Source: an uncultured Acidobacteriaceae bacterium (lineage in GTDB: Bacteria; Acidobacteriota; Terriglobia; Terriglobales; Acidobacteriaceae). Taken from it: a DNA stretch of 64,000 bases. The stretch's first letter is position 1. Each line of letters starts with the position of its first letter. Shown piece after piece: positions 49,688 to 58,149 of the stretch. Both the position numbers and the translations under genes were made by a program. Under the pieces are notes generated by a model. The model searched no databases and was not told the origin of the DNA. It was given only the letters and a program-made list of their open reading frames with translations. The stretch spans positions 4,721 through 68,720 of the forward strand of contig CAXSZW010000010.1 of assembly GCA_964242025.1 (NCBI GenBank), written 5' to 3'.

Positions 49688-49980
49688 GCGCTCTTCCGAA
49701 TCGTCTCCGCAATCACTTCCGTAATCACCTCTTCGGCAACGCCATGCTTGCGTAACGTATCGCTCACCACCTTGAACTCCGGCTGCGAGAACAAGAGCTC
49801 ATCGCGTCGTAATCCCTCTCCGATGTAACTCCGCAACAGCGGCTGATACCCAGAAAAACCCCGCAACGGAGCAAACTCTTTCATCTCTTCAATTAGATCC
49901 TCCGGGATCCGGATGCTGATCGTAGTCATCGGCCTGTCTTTTCTCATCCTCACTTCTGACCGCTCACGCAGATTCTTCAT
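49684..49980 (-). CDS. BrnA/CopG-like (ribbon-helix-helix) antitoxin
   Basis: TISIRIPEDLIEEMKEFAPLRGFSGYQPLLRSYIGEGLRR resembles the BrnA pattern. The ATG at 49980 overlaps the reconstructed end of the upstream toxin frame. Confidence 0.6.
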   Translation of the reverse strand: MKNLRERSEVRMRKDRPMTTISIRIPEDLIEEMKEFAPLRGFSGYQPLLRSYIGEGLRRDELLFSQPEFKVVSDTLRKHGVAEEVITEVIAETIRKSA

Positions 49981-50267
49981 AACGTCTCCTCTCCCGCCCC
50001 GTGGCGGCCTTGCTGAGATTAAGCGGATCAAATCCACTTCTCGCACAACGTGAACCACAAACAGAAGACTCTGCGACCGATTAACGCCAATTGCAGCCTG
50101 CCGTTCCTCTTCATGGACACTCGCATCTCAAAGATCGTCAGCGGCTCACTGAGAACTTCCATGGCCTGCTCGAATGTGACGCCATGTTTGCTATGGTTCA
50201 GCTTCGCCTTCTCGCTATCCCAGACGAAAAGCTGCCCCTCTCGTTCCGAGAAAACGTCCATACACAT
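49964..50267 (-). pseudogene. BrnT (DUF497) toxin gene disrupted by two 1-nt frameshifts
   Basis: Three frames are needed to read the full family pattern: FVWDSEKAKLNHSKHGVTFEQAMEVLSEPLTIF, then DASVHEEERQAAIGVNRSQSLLFVVHVVREVDLIRLISA, then KAATGRERRRYEESA*. Confidence 0.6.
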
Positions 50268-50315
50268 GTATATACGCCACCACCTTACGACACAACCCGC
50301 GATATCCTACCCACA

Positions 50316-51296
50316 GTGGCCGACACCGCAACCACCTCCGCCATCCCCACCCCAACCGCCGCCGCCACGACGCCGTCCCTCCTCTCTGCCTACGCCACCC
50401 TCTTCAAGCCCCGCGTCTCGCTCATGGTCGTCATCACCGCCGCCGCAGGCCTCTTCCTCGGCGACCTCCGCTCCAACCTCAGCCCCTTCCACCCCGATTC
50501 CCTCTACGCCCTCCTCGGCATCGCCCTCGTCACCTGCGGCTCATCCGCCCTCAACCAGGCTCTCGAACGCCGCTCCGATGCCCGCATGGCCCGCACCGCC
50601 CGCCGCCCCATGGTGGACACCCCGGCTCACCCCGCCCAGATCGGCCTGCCCCTCGGCCTCACCCTCGGCTTCGCCCTCACCTTCGGCGGCTCCGCCTACC
50701 TCGCCTCCCAGACCAACCTCCTTACCGGCACCCTCACCCTCCTTACCGCCGTCCTTTACGTCGCCATCTACACCCCCCTCAAGCGCATCACCTCGCTCAA
50801 CACCTTCATCGGAGCCTTCCCCGGCGCACTCCCGCCCCTCATCGGCTGGACGGCCTCCCGTGGCCTCATCGAGTGGCCCGCCGTCGCCCTCTTCGCCATC
50901 CTCTTCGTCTGGCAGTTCCCCCACTTCATGGCCATCGGCTGGATGTACCGTGACGACTACCGCCACGGCGGCATCCGCCTCGCCGCCACCCAGCAGCCCA
51001 TCACCTGGGCCGCCCGCTCGACCGTCTTCCAGGCCCTCTTTTACGCCGTCCTCATGATCCCCGTCGCCCTCTGGCCCTCCTTCCTCCACCTCACCGGCCT
51101 GCCGTATACCGTCTTCGCCTCCGCAGCCTCGCTCGTCTATCTCTGGTACACCCTCCGCTTCGCCGCCATCCTCCGCAACCCATCAGACCCCACCACCCGC
51201 ATCCCGGCCCGCAACCTCCTCAAGGCGAGCGTCATCTACCTCCCCCTCCTCCTGGCCGCCATGCTCCTCAACGCCCAGGGCCGCGTCTGGTTTTAG
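50316..51296 (+). CDS. ctaB: Protoheme IX farnesyltransferase (heme O synthase)
   Basis: LFKPRVSLMVVITAAAG, NQALERRSDARMARTARRP, YTPLKR and GAFPGALPPLIGW fit. There is no in-frame ATG, so I propose the GTG at 50316. Confidence 0.85.
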   Translation: MADTATTSAIPTPTAAATTPSLLSAYATLFKPRVSLMVVITAAAGLFLGDLRSNLSPFHPDSLYALLGIALVTCGSSALNQALERRSDARMARTARRPMVDTPAHPAQIGLPLGLTLGFALTFGGSAYLASQTNLLTGTLTLLTAVLYVAIYTPLKRITSLNTFIGAFPGALPPLIGWTASRGLIEWPAVALFAILFVWQFPHFMAIGWMYRDDYRHGGIRLAATQQPITWAARSTVFQALFYAVLMIPVALWPSFLHLTGLPYTVFASAASLVYLWYTLRFAAILRNPSDPTTRIPARNLLKASVIYLPLLLAAMLLNAQGRVWF

Positions 51297-51328
51297 CCAG
51301 CGCACCGCACCCGTTACACTTGAACCTG

Positions 51329-51901
51329 ATGCCTAGCCTAGCCACACGCCCTGATCTCGATACCACCCGCACCCCGCCCTCCATCATCGCGGCCATCCTT
51401 GCTGTCAGTGTCGTCGCCAGCCTCTTCATCTTCTGGCTCGTTTACATCCACCCCCCCGTCGACGCCGCCGGAGCCAACTTCAACTTCCTCCCTGCCCTCA
51501 ACGCCGCCCTCAACGCCGCTTGCGCCATCGCGCTGGTCGTCGGCTATCGGCACATCCGCGCCCGCCAAGTCCTCAAGCACCGCAACTCCATGTTCCTCGC
51601 CTTCCTCTTCTCCTCCGCCTTCCTCGTCAGCTATCTCGCCACCTACTTCCTCCACGGCGAAACCCACCTCCCCATCGCCCATACCGGCATCCTCTGGTAC
51701 ACCTACGCCATCGTCCTCTTCGCCACGCACATCCCTCTCGCTATCGTTGCCCTGCCCCTGATCCTCATCACCTTCTTCCTCTCCCTTACTGGCCGCTTTC
51801 CGGCCCATCGCCGTCTCGCCCGCTGGACCTATCCCATCTGGCTGTACGTCTCCGTCAGCGGCGTCTTCGTTTACTTCATCCAAGCCGTCGTCCGCCGCTG
51901 A
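51329..51901 (+). CDS. DUF420 membrane protein associated with cytochrome oxidase / heme A genes
   Basis: Four to five transmembrane segments. LNAALNAACAIALVVGYRHIRARQVLKHRNSM and HRRLARWTYPIWLYVSVSGV fit DUF420. It sits next to ctaB. Confidence 0.7.
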   Translation: MPSLATRPDLDTTRTPPSIIAAILAVSVVASLFIFWLVYIHPPVDAAGANFNFLPALNAALNAACAIALVVGYRHIRARQVLKHRNSMFLAFLFSSAFLVSYLATYFLHGETHLPIAHTGILWYTYAIVLFATHIPLAIVALPLILITFFLSLTGRFPAHRRLARWTYPIWLYVSVSGVFVYFIQAVVRR

Positions 51902-52125
51902 TGCAAAACGACACCCGCAAGCTCCTTACCTCCGGTCTCGCCATCTTCTTCACCGGAGTCCTCTGCGCCGCCCTGGCCGAACTCGTCTTCGGCGGCATCG
52001 GCCGTCAGGGCCCCCACACCAACGCCGGCTGGCTCTGCCTCATGGTTGCCATGGGCTGCCTCCCCACCGGCACCCTCACCCTCCTCCTCGCCCTCTCCAA
52101 ACTCATCGGCGACCGCTCCCTCTAA
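51901..52125 (+). CDS. Small membrane protein (74 aa), unknown
   Basis: The ATG shares one base with the upstream TGA. It has two hydrophobic segments. Confidence 0.45.
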   Translation: MQNDTRKLLTSGLAIFFTGVLCAALAELVFGGIGRQGPHTNAGWLCLMVAMGCLPTGTLTLLLALSKLIGDRSL

Positions 52126-52169
52126 CCCCCTTCAATCCATCTCAAGCGAGTTTGGTGAAGAGATGAAGC

Positions 52170-52223
52170 GTCATCCTGAGCGAAGTCCGTCGGTCTCATC
52201 GACGGACGCAGTCGAAGGACCCC
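52170..52223. repeat. REP-like hairpin element (GTCATCCTGAGCGAAG...GTCGAAGGACCC type)
   Basis: GTCCGTCG-GTCTCAT-CGACGGAC forms an 8-bp stem flanked by TCATCCTGAGCGAAG and GCAGTCGAAGGACCC. It resembles, from memory, a dispersed acidobacterial repeat. There is one copy in this window. Confidence 0.3.
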
Positions 52224-52335
52224 GAAGAAGCTGATCTCAACTCAACCCTCAGCAGGCTCCCGCGAAGATTCACCAGAACCCTGCCGCTGCATCAAGGCGC
52301 TTGTGATCGGCGCCCGCCGAGCCTAGACTCACTCC

Positions 52336-52557
52336 ATGCGTTGGTTTAAGAGCGGCGGAATCTCAATGGGTGCGGGACTCGCAGCCTTATTCTTGTCGAT
52401 CGCATTTGGCACAGTCGGACCGTGCGGCCCGTCTGGCTACATCACAGCCTTCTTCTTTTACGGTGGCATGCTCTTCCTACTTGCAATTGGCCCCTTGCTC
52501 CTCATTTGCGGAGCCATCGTAAAGACGATCCATCATCTGAGACATCGGTCCGCCTAA
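52336..52557 (+). CDS. Small membrane protein (73 aa), unknown
   Basis: Two clear transmembrane segments. No obvious Shine-Dalgarno. Confidence 0.4.
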   Translation: MRWFKSGGISMGAGLAALFLSIAFGTVGPCGPSGYITAFFFYGGMLFLLAIGPLLLICGAIVKTIHHLRHRSA

Positions 52558-52609
52558 ACCCGACTCTGCTATTCTCAAGCGACCAAAAGAAACCGGAGCA
52601 CCCCGAACC

Positions 52610-53089
52610 ATGGCAAAAGGCGTCAACAAAGTCTTCCTCCTCGGCAACGTCGGCAAAGACCCCGAGATCCGTTCCACGCAGGGCGGCATGCAGGTCGCCA
52701 GCTTCTCCCTCGCCACCGCCGACCGCGCCAAAGACGCCCAGGGCAATTGGGCGGACAAAACCGAATGGCACAACATCGTCTGCTTCCAGCGCACCGCCGA
52801 AGTTGTCCGCGACTACGTCAAAAAGGGCTCTCAGATCCTCGTCGAAGGCAAAATCCAGACCCGCTCCTGGGACGACAAGACCTCCGGTGAAAAGAAGTAC
52901 AAAACCGAGATCCTCTGCAATGAGCTCACCCTCCTCGGCGGCAAATCCAGCGGCGACTCCGGCACCAGCAACTCCTACTCCGGGGGCAGCTCCCGCCCCG
53001 CAGCATCCGGCAGCTACAACCAGTCCCAGCCCCAGTCCACCCCGGACTATGGCGACTCCGGCATCACTGACGACGACATCCCCTTCTAA
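52610..53089 (+). CDS. ssb: Single-stranded DNA-binding protein
   Basis: NKVFLLGNVGKDPEIR, WHNIVCF, a Gly/Ser/Gln-rich linker and the acidic tip DDDIPF. Confidence 0.95.
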   Translation: MAKGVNKVFLLGNVGKDPEIRSTQGGMQVASFSLATADRAKDAQGNWADKTEWHNIVCFQRTAEVVRDYVKKGSQILVEGKIQTRSWDDKTSGEKKYKTEILCNELTLLGGKSSGDSGTSNSYSGGSSRPAASGSYNQSQPQSTPDYGDSGITDDDIPF

Positions 53090-53110
53090 CTCACTCCCAT
53101 CCCATCCCAA

Positions 53111-53132
53111 GAAGCTCCCGCAAGGGAGCTTC
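53111..53132 (+). terminator. Hairpin with a GCAA tetraloop after ssb
   Basis: GAAGCTCCC-GCAA-GGGAGCTTC, followed by TCCCGTT. Confidence 0.5.
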
Positions 53133-53173
53133 TCCCGTTAACCCTCAATCCAAGTTCCAACAGGAGCCCCGCC

Positions 53174-54562
53174 ATGCCCCAAACCCACTTTGACGTCCTC
53201 GTCCTCGGCAGCGGAGAAGCCGGAAAGTACATCGCCTGGTCCCAGGCCTACGCCGGCAAATCCGCCGCCGTCGTCGAGCGACGCTACATCGGCGGCTCCT
53301 GTCCCAACATCGCCTGCCTCCCCAGCAAAAACTTCGTCCACTCCGCCAAGGTCGCCCACTACGCCTCCCAGGCCGCCGCCTTCGGCCTCCCCGCCTCGCC
53401 CCAGCCTCTCCGTGCCGCCATGACCGTCGTTCGTGCCCGCAAGCGCACCATGGTCGAAGGCCTCGTCGCCATGCATCAGGACCGCTTCGCCTCCACCGGC
53501 GCCCAGCTCATCCTCGGCGAAGGCCGCTTCACCGCCCCAAAAACCCTTCAAGTCCACACCCCGGACGAAACCACCCTCACCCTCACCGCCGACACCATCA
53601 TCGTCTCCACCGGCTCCCGCGCCGCCATTGAGCCCCTCCCCGGCATGATCGCCGCCACCCCCCTCACCCACGTCTCCCTCCTCGAACTCGACACCCTCCC
53701 CGCGCACCTCCTCATCCTCGGCGGCGGCTACATCGGCCTCGAGTTTGCCCAGGCCATGCGCCGCCTCGGCTCAGCCGTCACCCTCGTCGAGCGCAACCCC
53801 CGCATCCTCCACGCTGAAGATGAAGACGTCTCCTCCACCCTCGCCGAAATCCTCACCCGCGAAGGCGTCCGCATCCTCACCAGCACCTCCGTCCAAAGCG
53901 TCGCCGGCCAATCCGGCGCCTCGGTCACCCTGAATCTTTCCAATGGTGAAACCCTCACCGGCACCCACCTCCTCGTCGCCGCCGGCCGCACCCCCAACAC
54001 GGACGACATCGGCCTTTCGCTTGCCGGCATCGCCCTCACCCCCTCCGGCTACATCCAGGTCGACCCCCAGCTCCGCACCTCGGCCCCCGGAGTCTTCGCC
54101 GTCGGCGACTGCGCCGGCAGCCCCAAGTTCACCCACATCGCCTACGACGACTACCGCATCGTCCGCAACGCTCTCACCAACGGCACCCCTCGCACCACGA
54201 CCAATCGCCAGGTCCCCTTCACCCTCTTCACCGACCCCGAATTCGCCCGCATCGGCCTCTCCGAATCCGAAGCCAAAGCACGCAACATCCCCTACCGCCT
54301 CGCCCGCCTCCCCATGAAGGCCGTCCTCCGCACCCGCACCATGGATGAGTCCGAAGGCTTCCTCAAAGCCCTCATCTCCACCACAGACGACACCATCCTC
54401 GGCTTCACCATCGTCGGCATCGGCGGCGGCGAGCTCCTCCCCGCCGTCCAGCTCGCCATGGCCCACTCCCTCCCCTTCACCGCCCTCCGCGACCTCATCA
54501 TCACCCACCCCACCCTCGGCGAGGGCCTCGTCTACCTCTTCGCCGCCGTCCCCCACTCCTGA
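53174..54562 (+). CDS. Class I pyridine nucleotide-disulfide oxidoreductase (MerA/RclA/Lpd-like flavoprotein)
   Basis: FAD motif VLVLGSGEAG, redox-active GGSCPNIACLPSK, NAD motif ILGGGYIGLE, and the HPT motif of the dimerisation domain near the C-terminus. Confidence 0.85.
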   Translation: MPQTHFDVLVLGSGEAGKYIAWSQAYAGKSAAVVERRYIGGSCPNIACLPSKNFVHSAKVAHYASQAAAFGLPASPQPLRAAMTVVRARKRTMVEGLVAMHQDRFASTGAQLILGEGRFTAPKTLQVHTPDETTLTLTADTIIVSTGSRAAIEPLPGMIAATPLTHVSLLELDTLPAHLLILGGGYIGLEFAQAMRRLGSAVTLVERNPRILHAEDEDVSSTLAEILTREGVRILTSTSVQSVAGQSGASVTLNLSNGETLTGTHLLVAAGRTPNTDDIGLSLAGIALTPSGYIQVDPQLRTSAPGVFAVGDCAGSPKFTHIAYDDYRIVRNALTNGTPRTTTNRQVPFTLFTDPEFARIGLSESEAKARNIPYRLARLPMKAVLRTRTMDESEGFLKALISTTDDTILGFTIVGIGGGELLPAVQLAMAHSLPFTALRDLIITHPTLGEGLVYLFAAVPHS

Positions 54563-54640
54563 CCCCAACATTCCCGAAGACAAGAACTCCCCACTCGCGT
54601 AGCCTGTGTGAGACATAGCTGACATCTCAGAGGTGAACGA

Positions 54641-56167
54641 TTGAGCGAAACACAGATGAACAAACCGGCGAGCGACATCGCGCCCCCGTGTCTCATGACC
54701 GTCTTCGGTGCCACCGGCGATCTCTTCCGCCGCCTTCTCCTGCCCTCCCTCTTCAACCTCGCCTGCGGCCACAAGCTCCCAGACGACTTCGTCCTCCTCG
54801 GCTTCGCCTTTGAAGACTGGACAGACGACCACTTCCGCACCCACATCGCAGACAGCCTCCACCAGTTCCGCAGCGGCGACGCCCCCGAAGACGTCATCCA
54901 GTGGCTCCAGGAGCGGTCCTTCTACAAGCAGGGCGACTTCAGCAAAACCGCCTCCTTCGAAGGCCTCAAGACCGCCGTCGAATCCATCGAATCCACCCAC
55001 CAGACCCTCGGCAATCGCCTCTTTTACCTCGCCGTCGCCCCAGCCTTTATCAGCCCCGTCGTGAAGCAACTTGCAGACCTCAAGCTCACCGAGCAGACCG
55101 GCGAAACCTGGCGTCGCATCATCGTAGAAAAACCCTTCGGCCACGACCTCGCCTCTGCCCAGCAGCTCAACAAGGAACTCCTCAGCGAGGTCGGCGAAGA
55201 CCAGCTCTACCGCATCGACCACTTCGCCGGCAAGGGCGCCGTCCAGGACCTCACCGTCGTCCGTTTCGCCAACTCCATCTTCGAACCCCTCTGGAACCGC
55301 AACTTCATTGACAACGTCCAGATCACCGCCGCCGAAACCGTCGGCCTTGAAGGCCGCGCAGGCTTTTACGAGAAATCCGGAGCCCTCCGCGACATGGTCC
55401 CCAACCATCTCTCGTACCTGCTCTCCCTCGTCGCCATGGACCCGCCCGTCTCGCTGAGCGCGGAGCACACCCGTGAAAAGCAGGCCGAAATCCTCGAAGC
55501 CGTCCGCCCCATCCCCCCCGGCGAAATCGACCAATGGGCCGTCCGCGGCCAGTACGGCAGCGGCCACACCGATAAGGGCGACCTCTGCGCCTACCACGAC
55601 GAAAAAGACGTCCCCGCAGACTCCTTCACCAACACCTACGTCGCCCTTTGCCTCATGGTCGATCACTGGCGCTGGCAAGGCGTCCCCTTCTACCTCCGCA
55701 CCGGCAAGCGCCTCAGCCGCGCCCTGACTGAGGTCGTCATCACCTTCAAAAAGCCCCCCATTGACCTCTTCGAAAAAGCCGCCGAAAGCGAAATCCAGCA
55801 GAACCGCATCATCTTCCGCATCCAGCCGGACGCCGGAATCACCATCGCCTTCGACAGCAAGACTCCTCACCTCGCCCTCAACACCCAGAGCGGCCAGTTC
55901 ACCTTCTCGCTCCCGCAAAGCCCCATCGGCAAGTACTCCAAGGGCTATGAGCGCCTCCTCTACGACTGCATGCGCGGCGACCCCAAGCTCTTCAACTCCG
56001 CCGCCATGATCGACGCCGGCTGGCGCATCATCCAGCCCATCCTGGACGCCTGGAGCACGGCCCCCACCACCCCCTTCCCCAACTACGCCTCCGGCTCCTC
56101 CGGCCCAGAAGCCGCCGACGAACTCCTCGCCAAACGCGGCCACGTCTGGCACTCCCTCGAGGTCTAA
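54641..56167 (+). CDS. zwf: Glucose-6-phosphate dehydrogenase
   Basis: FGATGDL, IVEKPFGHDL, YRIDHFAGKGAVQDL and RDMVPNHL. TTG start. Confidence 0.9.
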   Translation: MSETQMNKPASDIAPPCLMTVFGATGDLFRRLLLPSLFNLACGHKLPDDFVLLGFAFEDWTDDHFRTHIADSLHQFRSGDAPEDVIQWLQERSFYKQGDFSKTASFEGLKTAVESIESTHQTLGNRLFYLAVAPAFISPVVKQLADLKLTEQTGETWRRIIVEKPFGHDLASAQQLNKELLSEVGEDQLYRIDHFAGKGAVQDLTVVRFANSIFEPLWNRNFIDNVQITAAETVGLEGRAGFYEKSGALRDMVPNHLSYLLSLVAMDPPVSLSAEHTREKQAEILEAVRPIPPGEIDQWAVRGQYGSGHTDKGDLCAYHDEKDVPADSFTNTYVALCLMVDHWRWQGVPFYLRTGKRLSRALTEVVITFKKPPIDLFEKAAESEIQQNRIIFRIQPDAGITIAFDSKTPHLALNTQSGQFTFSLPQSPIGKYSKGYERLLYDCMRGDPKLFNSAAMIDAGWRIIQPILDAWSTAPTTPFPNYASGSSGPEAADELLAKRGHVWHSLEV

Positions 56168-56175
56168 CCCTCCCC

Positions 56176-56525
56176 GTTGGGCATCGGGCCAACCCGACCG
56201 CCTTTCCTCACCCATCCACTACAACCCGGGTGCCCCATTCATCGCAGTCTCACCGCGATGAGTGGGACGTAAAATCCCAACCCACCCCGACGGGTGCCCC
56301 ATTCTTTGACAGTCTCACCGTCAAAGAATGGGGTATCGGGCGAAAGCCCGACCGCCTTCCGTCACCCATCCACTAGAACCCGGGTGCCCCATTCATCGCA
56401 GTCTCACCGCGATGAGTGGGACGTAAAATCTCAACCCACCCCGACGGGTGCCCCATTCTTTGACAGTCTCACCATCAAAGAATGGGGTATCGGGCGAAAG
56501 CCCGACCGCCTTCCCTCACCCAGCC
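56176..56525. repeat. Tandem repeat: two full 154-bp units (56193-56346, 56347-56500) plus partial flanking copies, each unit made of two GGGTGCCCCA...TGGGG hairpin modules
   Basis: Direct comparison shows 5 mismatches in 154 bp between the units. Four hairpins all carry the loop AGTCTCACC. Confidence 0.9.
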
Positions 56526-56647
56526 CCAACGCCCTGGGGCAGCCCAATTATCCAAGCACCACACCCTGCATGGTCCTCCCCTCCGGACCGCCTCTAACCC
56601 CTTCTAAACAAGAGGGATACCAATCCGTCTCACCCCGTTGCACACTT

Positions 56648-56805
56648 CTTGGTGCATTTTTCACCACAATCAACTTTTTCATGGTCGAAAACGCAAATCC
56701 CCAGCAAAGACGCACCCTCACCATGCGTAGTCGCTGCTTCTTCACCACGTTAGCCACACCATTCACCACACGTTGGACACCATCCACCACACCCCCACCG
56801 TATGG
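56648..56805. repeat. Second cluster of TTCACCA(C) motifs, upstream of cyaY
   Basis: Exact TTCACCA at 56660, 56751 and 56762, plus variants (CTCACCATG, ATCCACCAC, TATGGTGACC, TTGGTGCA). Confidence 0.4.
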
Positions 56806-56867
56806 TGACCACCGCTCCCCTGCCTCACACTGCCTCATCTTGCTCTTCCCTGCCTTACACTGCTTCT

Positions 56868-57200
56868 ATGGACGAACCCACCTTCCGCCGCCTCTCCGAC
56901 CAGGCCCTCGAGTCCCTCAAGCAGTCCCTCATCGCAGCCGAGGAAGAAGGCGGCTTTGAAGCCGAGGACCACAACGGCGTCCTCAACGTCCTCTTTGAGG
57001 ACGGCTCCACCAAGTTCGTCTTCACCCCCCAGACCCCCGTCCGCCAGATCTGGATCTCCGCCCGCACTACCTCCTTCAAGCTAGATTGGTCTGACGATTC
57101 CAAGGCCTTTACCCTCGCAAAATCCGGCGAAACCCTCAAAGCCCTCACCCAGCGCCTCTTGCAAGAGCACCTCGCAGACCCCTCCATCACCCTCGCCTGA
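56868..57200 (+). CDS. cyaY: Frataxin homologue CyaY (iron-sulfur cluster assembly iron donor/regulator)
   Basis: 110 aa. MDEPTFRRLSDQALESL...GVLNVLFEDGSTKFVFTPQTPVRQIWISA matches the CyaY pattern. Confidence 0.8.
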   Translation: MDEPTFRRLSDQALESLKQSLIAAEEEGGFEAEDHNGVLNVLFEDGSTKFVFTPQTPVRQIWISARTTSFKLDWSDDSKAFTLAKSGETLKALTQRLLQEHLADPSITLA

Positions 57201-57302
57201 CCCCTCGCGCTACAATCGACCTACACACCAATTCCAGCAAGCCCTGAGCCCTCGCCTTGCCTGAATCCGCCCCAACCAGGGGCCGGGAGAGTCCTGACTG
57301 CA

Positions 57303-58109
57303 ATGCCCATGCTCTCCGTCGCCATCATCGCCCTCAATGAGGAGCGCAATCTCGCCCGAACCCTCGCCAGCGTCGCCTTCGCGGATGAGATCGTCGTCGT
57401 AGACTCCCACTCCACAGACCGCACCGCAGCCATCGCAGAATCCTTCCGCGCCCGCGTCTTCCAACAACCCTGGCTCGGCTTCGCCGCCCAGAAAAACTTC
57501 GCCATCCGTCAATGCACCGGCGACTGGATTCTCTCGCTTGACGCCGACGAAGAACTCTCCCCTGAGCTCCAGACGCAGATCCGCACCCTCCTTCCCAGCA
57601 ACCCACCAGCCGACGCTTACTTTCTCAACCGCCGCAACCACTTCCTCAATCGCTGGATCAAGCACGGCGGCTATTACCCGGACCCCAAGCTCCGCCTCTT
57701 CCGCCGCACCGCCGCAAATTTCGCCTCCGCCCCCCAGTTTGAGAACCGCCCCGTCCACGAAACCATGGTCTTCGACGGCGAATCCTCCCGCCTCGACTTC
57801 GACCTCATCCACCACGCCTATCCCACGCTCGAGGATTACCTCGAACACATGGACCGCTACAGCACCCTGGGCGCGGAGATCCTCGTCGCCAAGGGCCGCA
57901 CCAGCAACTCCGTTCCGGCGTTTTACTGGAACATCCTCGTCGTTCCAGGCCTCACCTTTCTCTGGAACTTCGTCTTCCGCTTAGGCTTCCTTGACGGCCG
58001 CGAAGGCCTCCTCCTGCACCTCTACCACACCACCTACGTCAGTTGGAAGTACGCCAAAGCCTGGCGCACCGCCCGTCACAACTCCCCCACGCCTGGCGAC
58101 GTCGCATGA
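57303..58109 (+). CDS. Family 2 glycosyltransferase (LPS-core type, WaaE/KdtX-like)
   Basis: LSVAIIALNEE, VVVDSHSTDRT and LSLDADEE (DxD). Confidence 0.85.
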   Translation: MPMLSVAIIALNEERNLARTLASVAFADEIVVVDSHSTDRTAAIAESFRARVFQQPWLGFAAQKNFAIRQCTGDWILSLDADEELSPELQTQIRTLLPSNPPADAYFLNRRNHFLNRWIKHGGYYPDPKLRLFRRTAANFASAPQFENRPVHETMVFDGESSRLDFDLIHHAYPTLEDYLEHMDRYSTLGAEILVAKGRTSNSVPAFYWNILVVPGLTFLWNFVFRLGFLDGREGLLLHLYHTTYVSWKYAKAWRTARHNSPTPGDVA

Positions 58110-58149
58110 TCTCCGCCCCGTAGCCCTGCCGTCGTGCTACAACAAACTT

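Noticed and set aside
53174-54562. A mercury-resistance determinant (MerA).
   Set aside because: No merR, merT or merP is nearby. There is no N-terminal HMA domain and no C-terminal Cys-Cys pair. I treat it as a generic class I disulfide oxidoreductase.
53771-56215. Very long antisense ORFs. Examples are 814 aa at 53771-56215 (-), 647 aa at 58039-59982 (-), 625 aa at 1467-3344 (-), 478 aa at 23621-25057 (+), 577 aa at 40117-41850 (+), 431 aa at 9394-10689 (-) and 393 aa at 25112-26293 (+).
   Set aside because: Each lies opposite a gene with clear family motifs. Their translations are low-complexity G/A/E/V or R/P/H/L strings, and their wobble positions do not fit the strand rule. They are typical stop-codon-poor shadows in high-GC DNA.
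56176-56525. A possible CRISPR array.
   Set aside because: The 154-bp units abut directly with no unique spacers. The unit length is far outside CRISPR repeat sizes, and no cas genes are in the window.
56294-56959. A 221-aa ORF spanning the tandem repeat and the cyaY leader.
   Set aside because: It reads straight through the hairpin repeats and runs into cyaY in a different frame. It has no coding-type periodicity. The sequence is explained by repeats plus the real cyaY start at 56868.
57210-57848. A 212-aa minus-strand ORF overlapping the GT2 gene.
   Set aside because: It is antisense to a gene with clear GT2 motifs, and its translation is Gly/Ala/Glu-rich low complexity.
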